Shown: positions 18,836 to 28,088 of the stretch, one piece after another | Layout of the letters: the number at the start of each line of letters is the position of its first letter | How positions within the stretch are numbered: position 1 is the stretch's first letter | DNA from: Candidatus Aminicenantes bacterium | Lineage (GTDB): Bacteria > Acidobacteriota > Aminicenantia > Aminicenantales > CAVYOD01 | Length of the DNA: 64,000 bases | Direction of reading: 5' to 3' | NCBI GenBank assembly: GCA_963701305.1 | Contig: OY969586.1 | Coordinates: forward strand, 3,863,937 to 3,927,936 | Program-made: the position numbers and the translations under genes | Notes under the pieces: generated by a model | What the model saw: only the letters and a program-made list of their open reading frames with translations | Told to the model about the DNA's origin: nothing | Databases searched by the model: none

Positions 18836-19990
18836 TCAAGGTTTGCCTTCATCCAAAGCCGCGTGCACCTTTGACATCCATTCGCTGATGGCGATCTTTT
18901 GCGGGCATTTTTCCTCGCAGGCTCTGCACGCCTGGCAGGCGCCTGCCCGCTCGGCCTCGGCCACAAATCTCTTGTATAAAAACCGTGCGGTTCGCATGTC
19001 GCTATGGATGGAGCCATCACTGTACAGTTCAAAGATTGAGGGGATATTCACGCCGTGCGGGCAGGGAAGGCAATAGCCGCATTTTGTGCATGGGATCGGA
19101 ATAAATCGCCTGTATTTTTTCCGAACCCGGTCAATGAGCCTTAATTCTTCCGTACCCAGGGAATTTATCTTCGCCTTATTTGCCCAGAGGATGTTGGCTT
19201 TTGCCTGTTCCATCGAGTTCATCCCGCTTAAAACAACGGCCACCTCGGGTTGATTCCAGACCCAGCGCAGGGCCCATTCCGTGGGGGAGATATTCTTTCC
19301 GAACCTGTCAAACAGATCCTTGATCGGCTGCGGCGGATTAGCCAATCTTCCTCCCAATAACGGTTCCATGACCTCAACGGCGAGCCCTTTTGAAGCCGCG
19401 TATTTCAGCCCTCTCGTCCCAGCCTGGTTTTTCGTGTCAAGATAGTTGTATTTGATCAGGCAAAAAGTCCATCCGCCGTAGCCATCAATGATCTTTTTGA
19501 AGGAACCGTAATTATCATGAAACGAAAATCCCAGGTGGGAGAACCGGCCGCCCTGGATCGCGCGTTCCGCTCTTCGCAGCAAATCGAATTTGAGGATGAC
19601 GTTTTCCCAGCGTAGAGCGCTCAGACCATGGAGAAGATAGAAATCGATGTGGTCGGTCATGAGCTTCTTTAGCTGTTCGTCAAGATAGGTATCAAAGTCC
19701 TCTGGCTTTTGGATCAGCCAGAGAGGAGATTTCGTCGCCAGTTTGACCTTTTGCCGGTATCCGTCTCTAAGCGCCTTTCCTGTGACGATTTCGCTATTTC
19801 CGTTATGGTAGGGATAGGCGGTATCGACGTAATTGACGCCGTGGTCGACGGCATAGCGGATCATCAGGATCGACTTCTTTTCGTCGATGTTGCCGCTCAT
19901 CGGATGTCCATCGGTCGTCGGCAGACGCATACACCCAAACCCGAGCGCCGAAGCTTTCCAGTCGAGCTTTCCGAACATACGATATTGCAT
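18836..19990 (-). CDS. Aldo/keto reductase with C-terminal 4Fe-4S ferredoxin-like domain
   Basis: 384 aa with an AKR N-terminus (LGFGCMRLP...DTAYPYHNGNSE). C-terminal Cys clusters CTKCGYCLPCP and CQACRACEEKCP. Confidence 0.8.
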   Translation of the reverse strand: MQYRMFGKLDWKASALGFGCMRLPTTDGHPMSGNIDEKKSILMIRYAVDHGVNYVDTAYPYHNGNSEIVTGKALRDGYRQKVKLATKSPLWLIQKPEDFDTYLDEQLKKLMTDHIDFYLLHGLSALRWENVILKFDLLRRAERAIQGGRFSHLGFSFHDNYGSFKKIIDGYGGWTFCLIKYNYLDTKNQAGTRGLKYAASKGLAVEVMEPLLGGRLANPPQPIKDLFDRFGKNISPTEWALRWVWNQPEVAVVLSGMNSMEQAKANILWANKAKINSLGTEELRLIDRVRKKYRRFIPIPCTKCGYCLPCPHGVNIPSIFELYSDGSIHSDMRTARFLYKRFVAEAERAGACQACRACEEKCPQKIAISEWMSKVHAALDEGKP

Positions 19991-20062
19991 CGGTATTTCT
20001 CCAGATCTGCATACGGGGCAACACCAATCAAGTCCTGCCCCGAAGTCGAGGGCGAAAGCGAA

Positions 20063-20366
20063 TTATAGGCTCAGCTCCCTCAACGCAGCCGACGCCGTGT
20101 ACAGTGTCCCAACGCCGGCCAAATAATAGGCAACCCTCAGCACTTCGGCGATCTCTTCCTTTGTTGCTCCGCAATTGATGGCTGCCTGGGCCAGCGCTTT
20201 CACGCCTTGGTCCGCCCCGTGGGCCGCATCAAAAGCCAGAGCAACCAGAATCTTGAACTTCCTAGGGAGAGGCTCCGGGTGAGTAAACGAATTCGCTTAT
20301 CTCATCCAGGTGCTTCCTAATGCCAGGATCGATTTTCTCCAACGCTGATAACGGATGCTCTGCCAT
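20063..20366 (-). pseudogene. Carboxymuconolactone decarboxylase (AhpD-like) family gene interrupted by a 1-nt frameshift
   Basis: My translation from ATG 20366 (SD AAGGAGG) gives MAEHPLSALEKIDPGIRKHLDEISEFVYSPGASP and then a stop at 20264-20262. The +1 frame continues EPLPRKFKILVALAFDAAHGADQGVKALAQAAINCGATKEEIAEVLRVAYYLAGVGTLYTASAALRELSL to TAA 20065-20063. The total of 304 nt is not a multiple of 3. Confidence 0.6.
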
Positions 20367-20461
20367 TTTATGCCTCCTTGAAGATGATATGGTATTCTAT
20401 CACGCCAAACGAAATTGCGAACTACCTATTCTGAAACCGGACTCTCTCTCTTTCAGCTGAC

Positions 20462-20520
20462 TTGACAATTCCTTTTGGGGCGATTTATTATCATTCACGC
20501 TGGGAGAAAGGGAAAACACC
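20462..20520 (+). promoter_or_regulatory. Promoter (TTGACA-N18-TATTAT) plus conserved purine-rich leader upstream of the kinase gene
   Basis: -35 at 20462-20467 and -10 at 20486-20491. The block is 36/47 identical (ungapped) to 24109-24155. Confidence 0.45.
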
Positions 20521-20602
20521 TCAACGCCGGCCGTTGGGCCGCCTTGCTGAAGAAGCAGCCTCCTATCCCTCATTCTTCCCTAAAGCGGCATCCGGGGAAA
20601 AC

Positions 20603-23242
20603 ATGGAAAGTGATCCAACCAGGACGCTGAAATTGGAGACGGTCAAGCTCCAACCTGGGCAAATCCTGGCGAACAAATACCGGATCACCAGAGAAATCGG
20701 CCGGGGAGGGATGGGCGTCGTTTACGAGGCCGAGGACATAAGGCTCGGGCGCACGGTCGCCCTCAAGTTCCTGCCCCCGGAGCTGACGGCTGACCCTGAA
20801 GCCCGCAAGCGCTTCATTCAGGAGGCCCAGGCTGCTTCGACCCTTGATCACCCCCACATCTGTACCATTCACGAAGTCGACGAAGCCGAGGTCGGCGGTC
20901 TGTATATCGCGATGGCTTGCTACAAGGGGAAAAGCCTTAGGGAAAAAATAGACCATGGTCCGCTCGAACCGGCTGAGGCGGTCGAGATCGCCCTGCAGGT
21001 CGCGGAAGGTCTCGCCAAGGCCCATGAAAACGGCATCGTTCACCGCGATATCAAACCGGGGAATATCATGATCACGCCGGACGGCCAGGCAAAAATCCTC
21101 GATTTCGGACTGGCCAAATTGGCCGGTGAAGTCAAATTGACAATCCCGGGGACGACATTAGGCACGATATCGTATATGTCTCCCGAACAGGCGCGCGGGG
21201 ATCAAGTTGACGAGCGAACCGATCTCTGGTCCCTGGGGGTCGTCCTTTATGAAATGGCCTCCGGTGAGCTTCCCTTCAGCCGGGAAAAGGACCAGGCGGT
21301 CCTTTACGCGATCATGCATGAAGAGCCGCGGCCCGTCCGCAAACTGCGCCCTGGTTTCCCGGACGAGCTGGCCCAGATCATCAACAAGGCATTGGCCAAG
21401 GAGCCCGATAAACGTTTCTCTTCCGCGAGGGAGATGGCCGATACCCTCCAGGAACTCAAAACGCGGATGACAGCAGGCAGCTACCCGACCGCCCGGGGCT
21501 TGACCTTTCGCCGTTCCCGTAAAGGCCTGCTTCTGGCAGCCGCTTCGATTTCCATCGCCGTTCTTGCCCTTGCCATCTGGATGCTCAGCAGGCCAAGCCT
21601 GGCTTTTGAAAACCGGGATAAACTCATGGTGGCCGACGCCGACAATCTCACGGGTGACAAGGTCTTTGACCTGGCCCTGCGGACGGCCATCGAGGCCGGC
21701 TTACAGCAATCGCCTTATGCATCGGTTTTCGACAAACCTCAGATCGCCGAAACCCTGCGCCTGATGAGGATGGATCCGTCCGCCCGCGTCGATGAAAATG
21801 CTGCCTACGACATCTGCCGCTTCGCCGGGGTAAGGGCGTTCATCCTTCCCCGGATCCTATCCGCCGGGCAGGCTTACGAGCTCGAAGCGATCCTGATCGA
21901 CCCGGTGAAGCGGAGGCACGTGGACCGCATCCGGCTGTCGACCCGAGGCCGGGAGGAAGTCCTCCTCAGCGGCATCGATAAGCTGACCAGGCAGGTCCGC
22001 TCCCGGCTGGGCGAATCCATCAAGTCCATCGAAAAGGCTGATGTTCCCGTCGCTAAAGTCACGACGTCCTCCTGGGAAGCGCTAGACTATTTTTCCCTTG
22101 CCCAGGTCAAGCGGCAGGACGGTAGGTTCAAAGATGCTGTATCCCTTTATGAGCTGGCACTTGAAAAAGATCCGGGCTTCGTAGCGGCCCGGGCTTCGCT
22201 GGGTCTTGTGCTCATCCAGTTCATGGGACAAGGAGAGAAAGGGAAAGAGATGCTCCGCCAGGCGCTGAAGGACGCCCAAAGCCAGGGGCTCCCGCAACGT
22301 GACCAGCTGCCGCTCAAGGCTCTCCATCGGCAATTTGTCGACGGGGACCTCGAGGGAGCGCTCGCCGAATACCGAACGATTTCGCAGTTGTTCCCGGATC
22401 TCATGCCGCCTTTCAACAACGCCGGACGAGTCCTCCAGGCCCTCGGCCGATATGACGAGGCCGCGACCATGTTCGAGGAGGCCGCCAAGCGTGCCCCGCG
22501 GGCCTCCATTCCCTTGCAAAACCTCTGGTTTCTCCATATGAATTTCAGAAAAGACGCTCAGGCAGGGGCCGCGGTTGGGCGGCGTATTGTTGAACTGGCC
22601 CCGGCATTGGCGAATTCGCACAGTTTTCTCGGCTATAGCCTGGCCGTGCAGGAGAAATACGGAGAAGCAGAAAAGGAACTCCGGAAGGCCTTGGAGATCG
22701 AGCCAGACCATCCCTATGCCCTCGCCAACCTTGCCCACGTCCTCTTTGCCTCGGACAAAGCTGCAGATGCCGTTCCCTTCTACCGGAAGGTTGTTGATCG
22801 CGTCAAAAAGGCAAAGACAGGTGGAACTTTGGTCTGGGATTCCATCGCCCTGGCAATGGCGCTACGGGAAGCCGGGCAGGCGGCAGAGGCTCGCAAAGTC
22901 GTCGGCGAAATTCGAGCAGACCTGGAAAAGAAGCTGCACGGCTCGACGCCCGCACCAGGACAATGGATCGCACTCGGCGCGCTCGACGCGGTTGCCGGTG
23001 ACCTCGCCAAGGCGGATTTCTATCTAAGAAAAGCGCGGGCGGCTGAAATCATAGATGCTAACGACTTGATTGACCTGGGAGAACTCTATGCTCTCGTCGG
23101 CAGGCCCAATGCGGCGATCGAATTCCTCAAAAAATCACTGGAGGCCGGTTTCTCCGATTATTATTTTCCCGTGATCCTCCCCGAATTCCAGTCCATCAGG
23201 AAACATCCGGAATTCCGAGCCATCTACAAGCTCGGTAAATGA
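20603..23242 (+). CDS. Ser/Thr protein kinase with one TM segment and a C-terminal TPR-repeat region
   Basis: Hanks kinase motifs GRGGMGVVY, HRDIKPGNIM, DFGLAK and SPEQ. TM helix LLLAAASISIAVLALAIWML. TPR-like repeats in the C-terminal half. ATG 20603 chosen over the TTG at 20462, which coincides with a -35 box. Confidence 0.85.
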   Translation: MESDPTRTLKLETVKLQPGQILANKYRITREIGRGGMGVVYEAEDIRLGRTVALKFLPPELTADPEARKRFIQEAQAASTLDHPHICTIHEVDEAEVGGLYIAMACYKGKSLREKIDHGPLEPAEAVEIALQVAEGLAKAHENGIVHRDIKPGNIMITPDGQAKILDFGLAKLAGEVKLTIPGTTLGTISYMSPEQARGDQVDERTDLWSLGVVLYEMASGELPFSREKDQAVLYAIMHEEPRPVRKLRPGFPDELAQIINKALAKEPDKRFSSAREMADTLQELKTRMTAGSYPTARGLTFRRSRKGLLLAAASISIAVLALAIWMLSRPSLAFENRDKLMVADADNLTGDKVFDLALRTAIEAGLQQSPYASVFDKPQIAETLRLMRMDPSARVDENAAYDICRFAGVRAFILPRILSAGQAYELEAILIDPVKRRHVDRIRLSTRGREEVLLSGIDKLTRQVRSRLGESIKSIEKADVPVAKVTTSSWEALDYFSLAQVKRQDGRFKDAVSLYELALEKDPGFVAARASLGLVLIQFMGQGEKGKEMLRQALKDAQSQGLPQRDQLPLKALHRQFVDGDLEGALAEYRTISQLFPDLMPPFNNAGRVLQALGRYDEAATMFEEAAKRAPRASIPLQNLWFLHMNFRKDAQAGAAVGRRIVELAPALANSHSFLGYSLAVQEKYGEAEKELRKALEIEPDHPYALANLAHVLFASDKAADAVPFYRKVVDRVKKAKTGGTLVWDSIALAMALREAGQAAEARKVVGEIRADLEKKLHGSTPAPGQWIALGALDAVAGDLAKADFYLRKARAAEIIDANDLIDLGELYALVGRPNAAIEFLKKSLEAGFSDYYFPVILPEFQSIRKHPEFRAIYKLGK

Positions 23243-23300
23243 ATCCGTTGCCACAATCCCGGAGCATTCTAAGACACGATTGATTTGCAGTTCAGCAATC

Positions 23301-23330
23301 TTGACAACTTCTTTTGTGATATCTTAGTAT
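23301..23330 (+). promoter_or_regulatory. Promoter TTGACA-N18-TAGTAT upstream of the unknown membrane protein
   Basis: Same -35 context (TTGACAAYTYCTTTTG) and the same 18-nt spacing as the promoters at 20462 and 24109. Confidence 0.4.
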
Positions 23331-23383
23331 CCGTTGCGTTCCTCTATTGGGGGGAAATATACCTCGCAAAAAAGGAGCCACTC

Positions 23384-24112
23384 ATGAAGAATATCATGAA
23401 CAGCCATCGGATTCTGACTATTTATTCAGGAGTCCTGACTCTTGCCTTTGCGATTGCCTTGTTCATGGGAGCGGCGAAGAGCCGGAAGACAAGCTTCGAA
23501 GAAATTGACGTTCAGAGAATTAACGTCGTCGAACCGGACGGAACAGTCAAGCTGGTCCTCTCCAGCAAGGCGCTATTTCCCGGCATCCTGTACAAGGGCA
23601 AGGAATATCCGCACCCCAACAGGAAGACGGCCGGTATCCTCTTCTTTAACGACGAAGGCACCGAGAACGGCGGCCTCATCTACGGGGGCTCAAAAGACGC
23701 GAACGGAAAGGTCAGCTCCTACGGGCACCTGAGCTTCGACCAATATGACCAGGACCAGGTTTTCACGATCGATGCCTCAGAAGAAGAGGGGACCCGCAGC
23801 GCGAGGCTCTCCGTATGGGACAGGCCGAACTACTCCATTATGGAGCTCCTCGCACTCCAGGACAGGATAAAGAAATTGTCCGAGGACCAGCGGAAGGCCG
23901 AGTACTCGAAATTCTTTTCCCAGCACGAATCGGCGCATCCCCGTCTTTTCCTCGGGAGAAGCGATAACGGATCTGTCTCGCTCCGGCTCCACGATAAGCA
24001 GGGACGCGAACGACTCATCCTTGAGGTGACTCCAGACGGCTCTCCGGTCGTCCGCTTCCTTGACCAAAACGGCAAGGAAACCGGCCGGCTGCCCGTATTT
24101 CCGCTACCTTGA
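23384..24112 (+). CDS. Membrane-anchored protein of unknown function
   Basis: ATG 23384 is preceded by AAAGGAG. It has an N-terminal TM helix. I recognised no family. Confidence 0.5.
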   Translation: MKNIMNSHRILTIYSGVLTLAFAIALFMGAAKSRKTSFEEIDVQRINVVEPDGTVKLVLSSKALFPGILYKGKEYPHPNRKTAGILFFNDEGTENGGLIYGGSKDANGKVSSYGHLSFDQYDQDQVFTIDASEEEGTRSARLSVWDRPNYSIMELLALQDRIKKLSEDQRKAEYSKFFSQHESAHPRLFLGRSDNGSVSLRLHDKQGRERLILEVTPDGSPVVRFLDQNGKETGRLPVFPLP

Positions 24113-24167
24113 CAATTTCTCTTGTTGCTTTCCATTATCATAGACGCTGGGAAAAGGGAAAAATTGC
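24109..24167 (+). promoter_or_regulatory. Promoter (TTGACA-N18-CATTAT) plus conserved leader upstream of the beta-propeller gene
   Basis: The -35 at 24109-24114 overlaps the stop codon of the previous gene. The -10 is at 24133-24138. The leader ACGCTGGGAAAAGGGAAAA matches the 20.5-kb copy. Confidence 0.4.
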
Positions 24168-24183
24168 CGTTGGAGAGGAACAT

Positions 24184-25428
24184 TTGGTCGTCTCGCTAAA
24201 AAAGGTCAATTTTCGCCGCAATGTCGGAGAATGCTATGGAAGCCCAAGAAAAGAAGAATCAATTCACTCCCTCAAACAGGGCTCTCGCTTCATTGCCACC
24301 CTGATGATGCTCTGTTTGTGTCTGCCCTCTTGCTCGCGCCGGCCGACACGAATCGACAGGACATACGAAGATGGAGTGGAAGTCGTGATAAATCATGTGG
24401 AGCCCTATAGGATCAAGGGCAAGGGGATTGCGATCACGCTCGAGGAGGAATTCCGGATCGATACGGAAAGGGAAGATCTGCTGGCAAAAGGGATGGGGTC
24501 CGCCGGAGAGTTTGATGTTGATGCCGCGGGAAACATCTTTATCGTGGGGTTCAAAAACAAAGAATTCTTTGTCAACAAATTCGATAAAAGGGGCAATCTC
24601 GTCCTCTCCTTTGGTCGGAGGGGACAGGGACCCGGAGAACTCGACTGGCCTCTCGGGGCTCACGTTTTTGGCTCGGACGGGTTTGCTTTAACGGACGCTT
24701 ATAAAAAGGTCCTAGTCTACGGCAGCCGCGGAGAAGTTGTCTTTGAAGAGCGTCTGCCATCGGCCTACATGCTGGCCGAGATCCTGGAGAACGGTCGTTA
24801 CCTGACATTTGGAGATAAGGGCGTCCCCGGTCTTGACGGCTCGTCTCTTGCCGTTCTTTCCCTGTGTTCTCCGCAATGGAAAGCTATCCAGGAACTGGAC
24901 GTTTATAGGTGGCCGTCGATGGAAGCCCAAACTCGCAGCCTTGTTCCCACCTTCATGTGGAGGGTGTCCGGCAGCCGCATCTATGTTGCCAACGAGGCCC
25001 GAGGCTACGAGATATGGATCTTCGGCCTGGATGGAAAACTGCTCAGGAAAATCCGGAAGGAGTATACGCCCGTCGCGCCGTCGGATGAACTGAAGAGGGC
25101 ATGGCTCGGTTCGAACTATGAGCAGATTCTGCTGATGGGCAAAGACTATTTCCCGCCAAAGATGCCTCCCTTCAATTCCTTTTTTACGGACGAAAGAGGG
25201 CGAGTGTTCGTTATGACTTACGAACCCGGGCCTAGACCCGGGGAATATCTCTACGACGTCTTCGATCCTGATGGGGTCTTTATAAGTCGAATGAGTCTGA
25301 AGAGAGTGTGGGCTGGTATCTATTTAGGCGCCAAATATGCAACCGTCAGGAATAATCGCCTCTATTTTTATCGCGAGAAAGAAAACGGCTTCCACGAACT
25401 CGTCATTTCTACTCTAAGTATGAAATGA
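24184..25428 (+). CDS. Six-bladed beta-propeller (NHL/TolB-like) probable lipoprotein
   Basis: Lipobox-like LCLPSCS. The C-terminal body resembles the six-bladed beta-propeller lipoprotein family. The start is uncertain: TTG 24184 follows GGAGAGGAA, and the first in-frame ATG is at 24304. Confidence 0.5.
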   Translation: MVVSLKKVNFRRNVGECYGSPRKEESIHSLKQGSRFIATLMMLCLCLPSCSRRPTRIDRTYEDGVEVVINHVEPYRIKGKGIAITLEEEFRIDTEREDLLAKGMGSAGEFDVDAAGNIFIVGFKNKEFFVNKFDKRGNLVLSFGRRGQGPGELDWPLGAHVFGSDGFALTDAYKKVLVYGSRGEVVFEERLPSAYMLAEILENGRYLTFGDKGVPGLDGSSLAVLSLCSPQWKAIQELDVYRWPSMEAQTRSLVPTFMWRVSGSRIYVANEARGYEIWIFGLDGKLLRKIRKEYTPVAPSDELKRAWLGSNYEQILLMGKDYFPPKMPPFNSFFTDERGRVFVMTYEPGPRPGEYLYDVFDPDGVFISRMSLKRVWAGIYLGAKYATVRNNRLYFYREKENGFHELVISTLSMK

Positions 25429-25441
25429 TAAGTTTGAAGTT

Positions 25442-28078
25442 TTATTTAACAACCGCTAAGAAAATCGCGTTGAAGAGCAGCTTGAACGTTCCTTTTGTCT
25501 GGCCGCGGTGATGAACGCTCATTCCGAGAAGGATAATTTTTCCCTTTCCCAGCGGAATCTCGACGGCGGCCGCCTTGTTGTAAAGATATTTTTCTCCGAC
25601 CATCCAGCCGCTGAGCATGAGATTCTCGGCGGGATATCTTGCCACAACCGCCGGTGGCTCTTTTTCCGTGAACGCGGGCAGGACGTCGAAAGTCGGACTC
25701 TCGGCGAAGAAAGCGGCGGCCTCTTTAGGCATTCCATAAGCGACGGGGTTGTTTTGGTCAAAAACCGCGCTGACGAGAAGCCCCGAGGCGAAGAAATCCT
25801 CGGGCTTGAGCGATTTCAGGACGTTCCTCAGGGGAAGCTTGAATTCATCAATCGCCAGGTCACATGCTGAACCCAAGGTTATGAGCGTCCCGCCCTGTTC
25901 GACAAAGCGCTTGAGGTTGGCGACGCCGGCCTTAGTGATTCCGCCCACATAATCCGGAGGCATGGTTCCCTTCATCCGACCATTGAGGATGGAACGGGCC
26001 GACTGGCTCGGCAAGATGATGGCATCAAAGTGATTCCCCAGCTCTCCCGCTCTCATCTCAGCGTCATGGAGAAGAGAATAAGAAAAACCGTGATTTTCCA
26101 GGATAAGCTCGGTCCAGCCTTCATCCATCGCCGGCGCCCAGGACTGATAAAGACCCACCCGGGGGGATCGAAGCTTTGTGAGTTTGAGATCGGGAGGTCT
26201 ATCGATTTTTTGAATATTCAAATAAAGCTCTCGGGTCGCTTTCTCCAGAAGGGAGTCGGATGCTCCTGTGGAGGGCACCATGAAATCCCCGGCTGAAAAA
26301 TCCAACCCTCCGCTCTTGAAGGGAGCCTGAGCTCGAGAAATATCGAGTCCAGCTTTGAGAAGACGATTCACGGCCGTGAATGAAGCATTCGGCTGGCACG
26401 AGATAACAAATGAATGACCGCCATGTCCTCCGATCCTGCCTTGGGGCCATTCCATAGTCCCGACGCGCTTCATCTTAACTTCGAAGGCGGTATTCATCGT
26501 CACGGCATTGACGCCCATCTGGAGAGGAAGGGTCCAGCCTAGGACGTCATAGGTTTGGAGTGGAGGGATCTTCAGCTTGATCGGCTCGACGATGCTCTGC
26601 CAGAGAGAAGGATGAAACCTCAGGTCAGGATAATGCTGGAATTCAAAGAGGGTCTTCAGGAATCGCCCAAACGGCTGGCTGGTCGGAAGAATGTACGTTC
26701 CCACGGGATAATCGATCCCATCCGACCGGAAAGGAACTTCGCTCTTATAGACTTCGATGTCGAGTGTGATCAGGTTCTGAATAAGCTCGCCTGTGACTCC
26801 CGGATCCCTCTGCTCAAAAGGAATGATCCAGCCGTAGGGCGGCTCTTTGGAGTAGCGCTCCATGGTCTCTTTTCCCATCGCGTACTTTGCGTAGAGCAAT
26901 TCTTCGCGATGCTTGGCCGCCAAGTCGAGGACGGATTTCGACGCGGTCAGGCAGTATTCGACCGCGTCCCGGAGATGCCACCATCCGCCGCGCCATGGAT
27001 TGGTGAAGAACATCGAGCTCACGAAATCCTTGTATTCCTCGGGGAAGTCCTCGGCCGGGAAAAATTGGGGTGTTGCATAGTTGAAAAGAAACGTCTCGGA
27101 GAAAGTCGAGATGATGTTATGAAAATCGCAGACTTGCGTAACGTAGCCCGGATACCAAGTATCGAACAGAAACCGAGATACGACACCCTGTTTGCCCTCG
27201 GTTTCGAAGCCCAGGGCCATGGCCGTCCCGATCAGATTCTGCCAGCGGAGGAGCAGGGGATGGAGGTTGGGGTTCGTGGGCTCGCAATCGGGCGGAACAA
27301 AGATGAGTGTTGGATAAGGAGATTCCTGGTGATGGTTATAAAAAATATGGGGATACCATTCGTGATTGACGACCTGATTGATATTGCGCGTCTCCGAGAC
27401 GCTGAGCATAAAAGAGTCCCTGTTATTGTCGTGTCCGATATACTTCTGGTAAAGCCAGGGCAGGGGGCAAGTTTCGTAGGGCGTCCCGAGGTTCTTCTGA
27501 TACCAGCGCGCGACCATATCCATTCCGTCCGGGTTGGGGAGGACAAGCATGGCTACGACTTCGTCCCTGATCTTCTTGAATTTCGGAGATTCTTCCACGG
27601 CCAGATCATATGTCAGCTGAAGGATGTGCTGGGCCGGAGCGACTTCGGTGGCGTGGAGCCCGCCGTCGATCCAGACGATGGCTTTCCCCCGAGCCGCCAG
27701 GCTTTGGGCTTCGTTCTCGCGCACGCCCCTGACCAAGGAAAGTCGCTTGGAGAGTGCCTTGATATCCTCAAGCTTGGCGAGGTTTTCCTCAGAGGAGACG
27801 GCGGCAAAGACCATCGCCCGACCTTCTGACGACTTTCCGTACTCAAAAAGCTTCACCCTCTTGGTCGAACTTTCTAAGGCTTTCCAGTAAGCGACGGCCT
27901 GCTCGTAGTCAAGGAGATGGAAGTCCGCTCCGACTTTGAAGCCAAAAAACTCCTCCGGCGCAGGGATTTCCACGCTTTCCGCCCCCGCTAAGACCTGACC
28001 TATGCAAAGGCAAGAAAGTGCAATTACAAACAAGCAAAATTTCCGCGCTGATATTTTCATTAGTCCTTTACTCCTCAC
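25442..28078 (-). CDS. Large exported M14 family zinc carboxypeptidase (about 880 aa, paralogue of 36645-39305)
   Basis: Signal peptide and the M14 zinc motif HxxE in WIDGGLHATEVAP. A long C-terminal extension is shared with the paralogue. Confidence 0.8.
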   Translation of the reverse strand: MRSKGLMKISARKFCLFVIALSCLCIGQVLAGAESVEIPAPEEFFGFKVGADFHLLDYEQAVAYWKALESSTKRVKLFEYGKSSEGRAMVFAAVSSEENLAKLEDIKALSKRLSLVRGVRENEAQSLAARGKAIVWIDGGLHATEVAPAQHILQLTYDLAVEESPKFKKIRDEVVAMLVLPNPDGMDMVARWYQKNLGTPYETCPLPWLYQKYIGHDNNRDSFMLSVSETRNINQVVNHEWYPHIFYNHHQESPYPTLIFVPPDCEPTNPNLHPLLLRWQNLIGTAMALGFETEGKQGVVSRFLFDTWYPGYVTQVCDFHNIISTFSETFLFNYATPQFFPAEDFPEEYKDFVSSMFFTNPWRGGWWHLRDAVEYCLTASKSVLDLAAKHREELLYAKYAMGKETMERYSKEPPYGWIIPFEQRDPGVTGELIQNLITLDIEVYKSEVPFRSDGIDYPVGTYILPTSQPFGRFLKTLFEFQHYPDLRFHPSLWQSIVEPIKLKIPPLQTYDVLGWTLPLQMGVNAVTMNTAFEVKMKRVGTMEWPQGRIGGHGGHSFVISCQPNASFTAVNRLLKAGLDISRAQAPFKSGGLDFSAGDFMVPSTGASDSLLEKATRELYLNIQKIDRPPDLKLTKLRSPRVGLYQSWAPAMDEGWTELILENHGFSYSLLHDAEMRAGELGNHFDAIILPSQSARSILNGRMKGTMPPDYVGGITKAGVANLKRFVEQGGTLITLGSACDLAIDEFKLPLRNVLKSLKPEDFFASGLLVSAVFDQNNPVAYGMPKEAAAFFAESPTFDVLPAFTEKEPPAVVARYPAENLMLSGWMVGEKYLYNKAAAVEIPLGKGKIILLGMSVHHRGQTKGTFKLLFNAIFLAVVK

Positions 28079-28088
28079 CCCTTACTCC

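Noticed and set aside
20462-20602. Look-alike N-terminal peptides (MTIPFGAIYYHSRWEKGK at 20462 and MTISLVAFHYHRRWEKGK at 24109) as a conserved coding leader or fused domain.
   Set aside because: Both 'start codons' are the TTG of a TTGACA -35 box. The similarity is at DNA level and stops after about 58 nt. The kinase domain starts right after ATG 20603. I interpret these as promoter plus 5'-UTR.
24221-24304. A 27-codon upstream ORF (MSENAMEAQEKKNQFTPSNRALASLPP) whose TGA overlaps ATG 24304 of the beta-propeller frame (TGATG).
   Set aside because: There is no SD sequence, no conservation evidence is available, and the peptide is unremarkable. Starting the lipoprotein at 24304 would leave a signal peptide with no charged n-region. 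I kept it only as a note on start-codon uncertainty.
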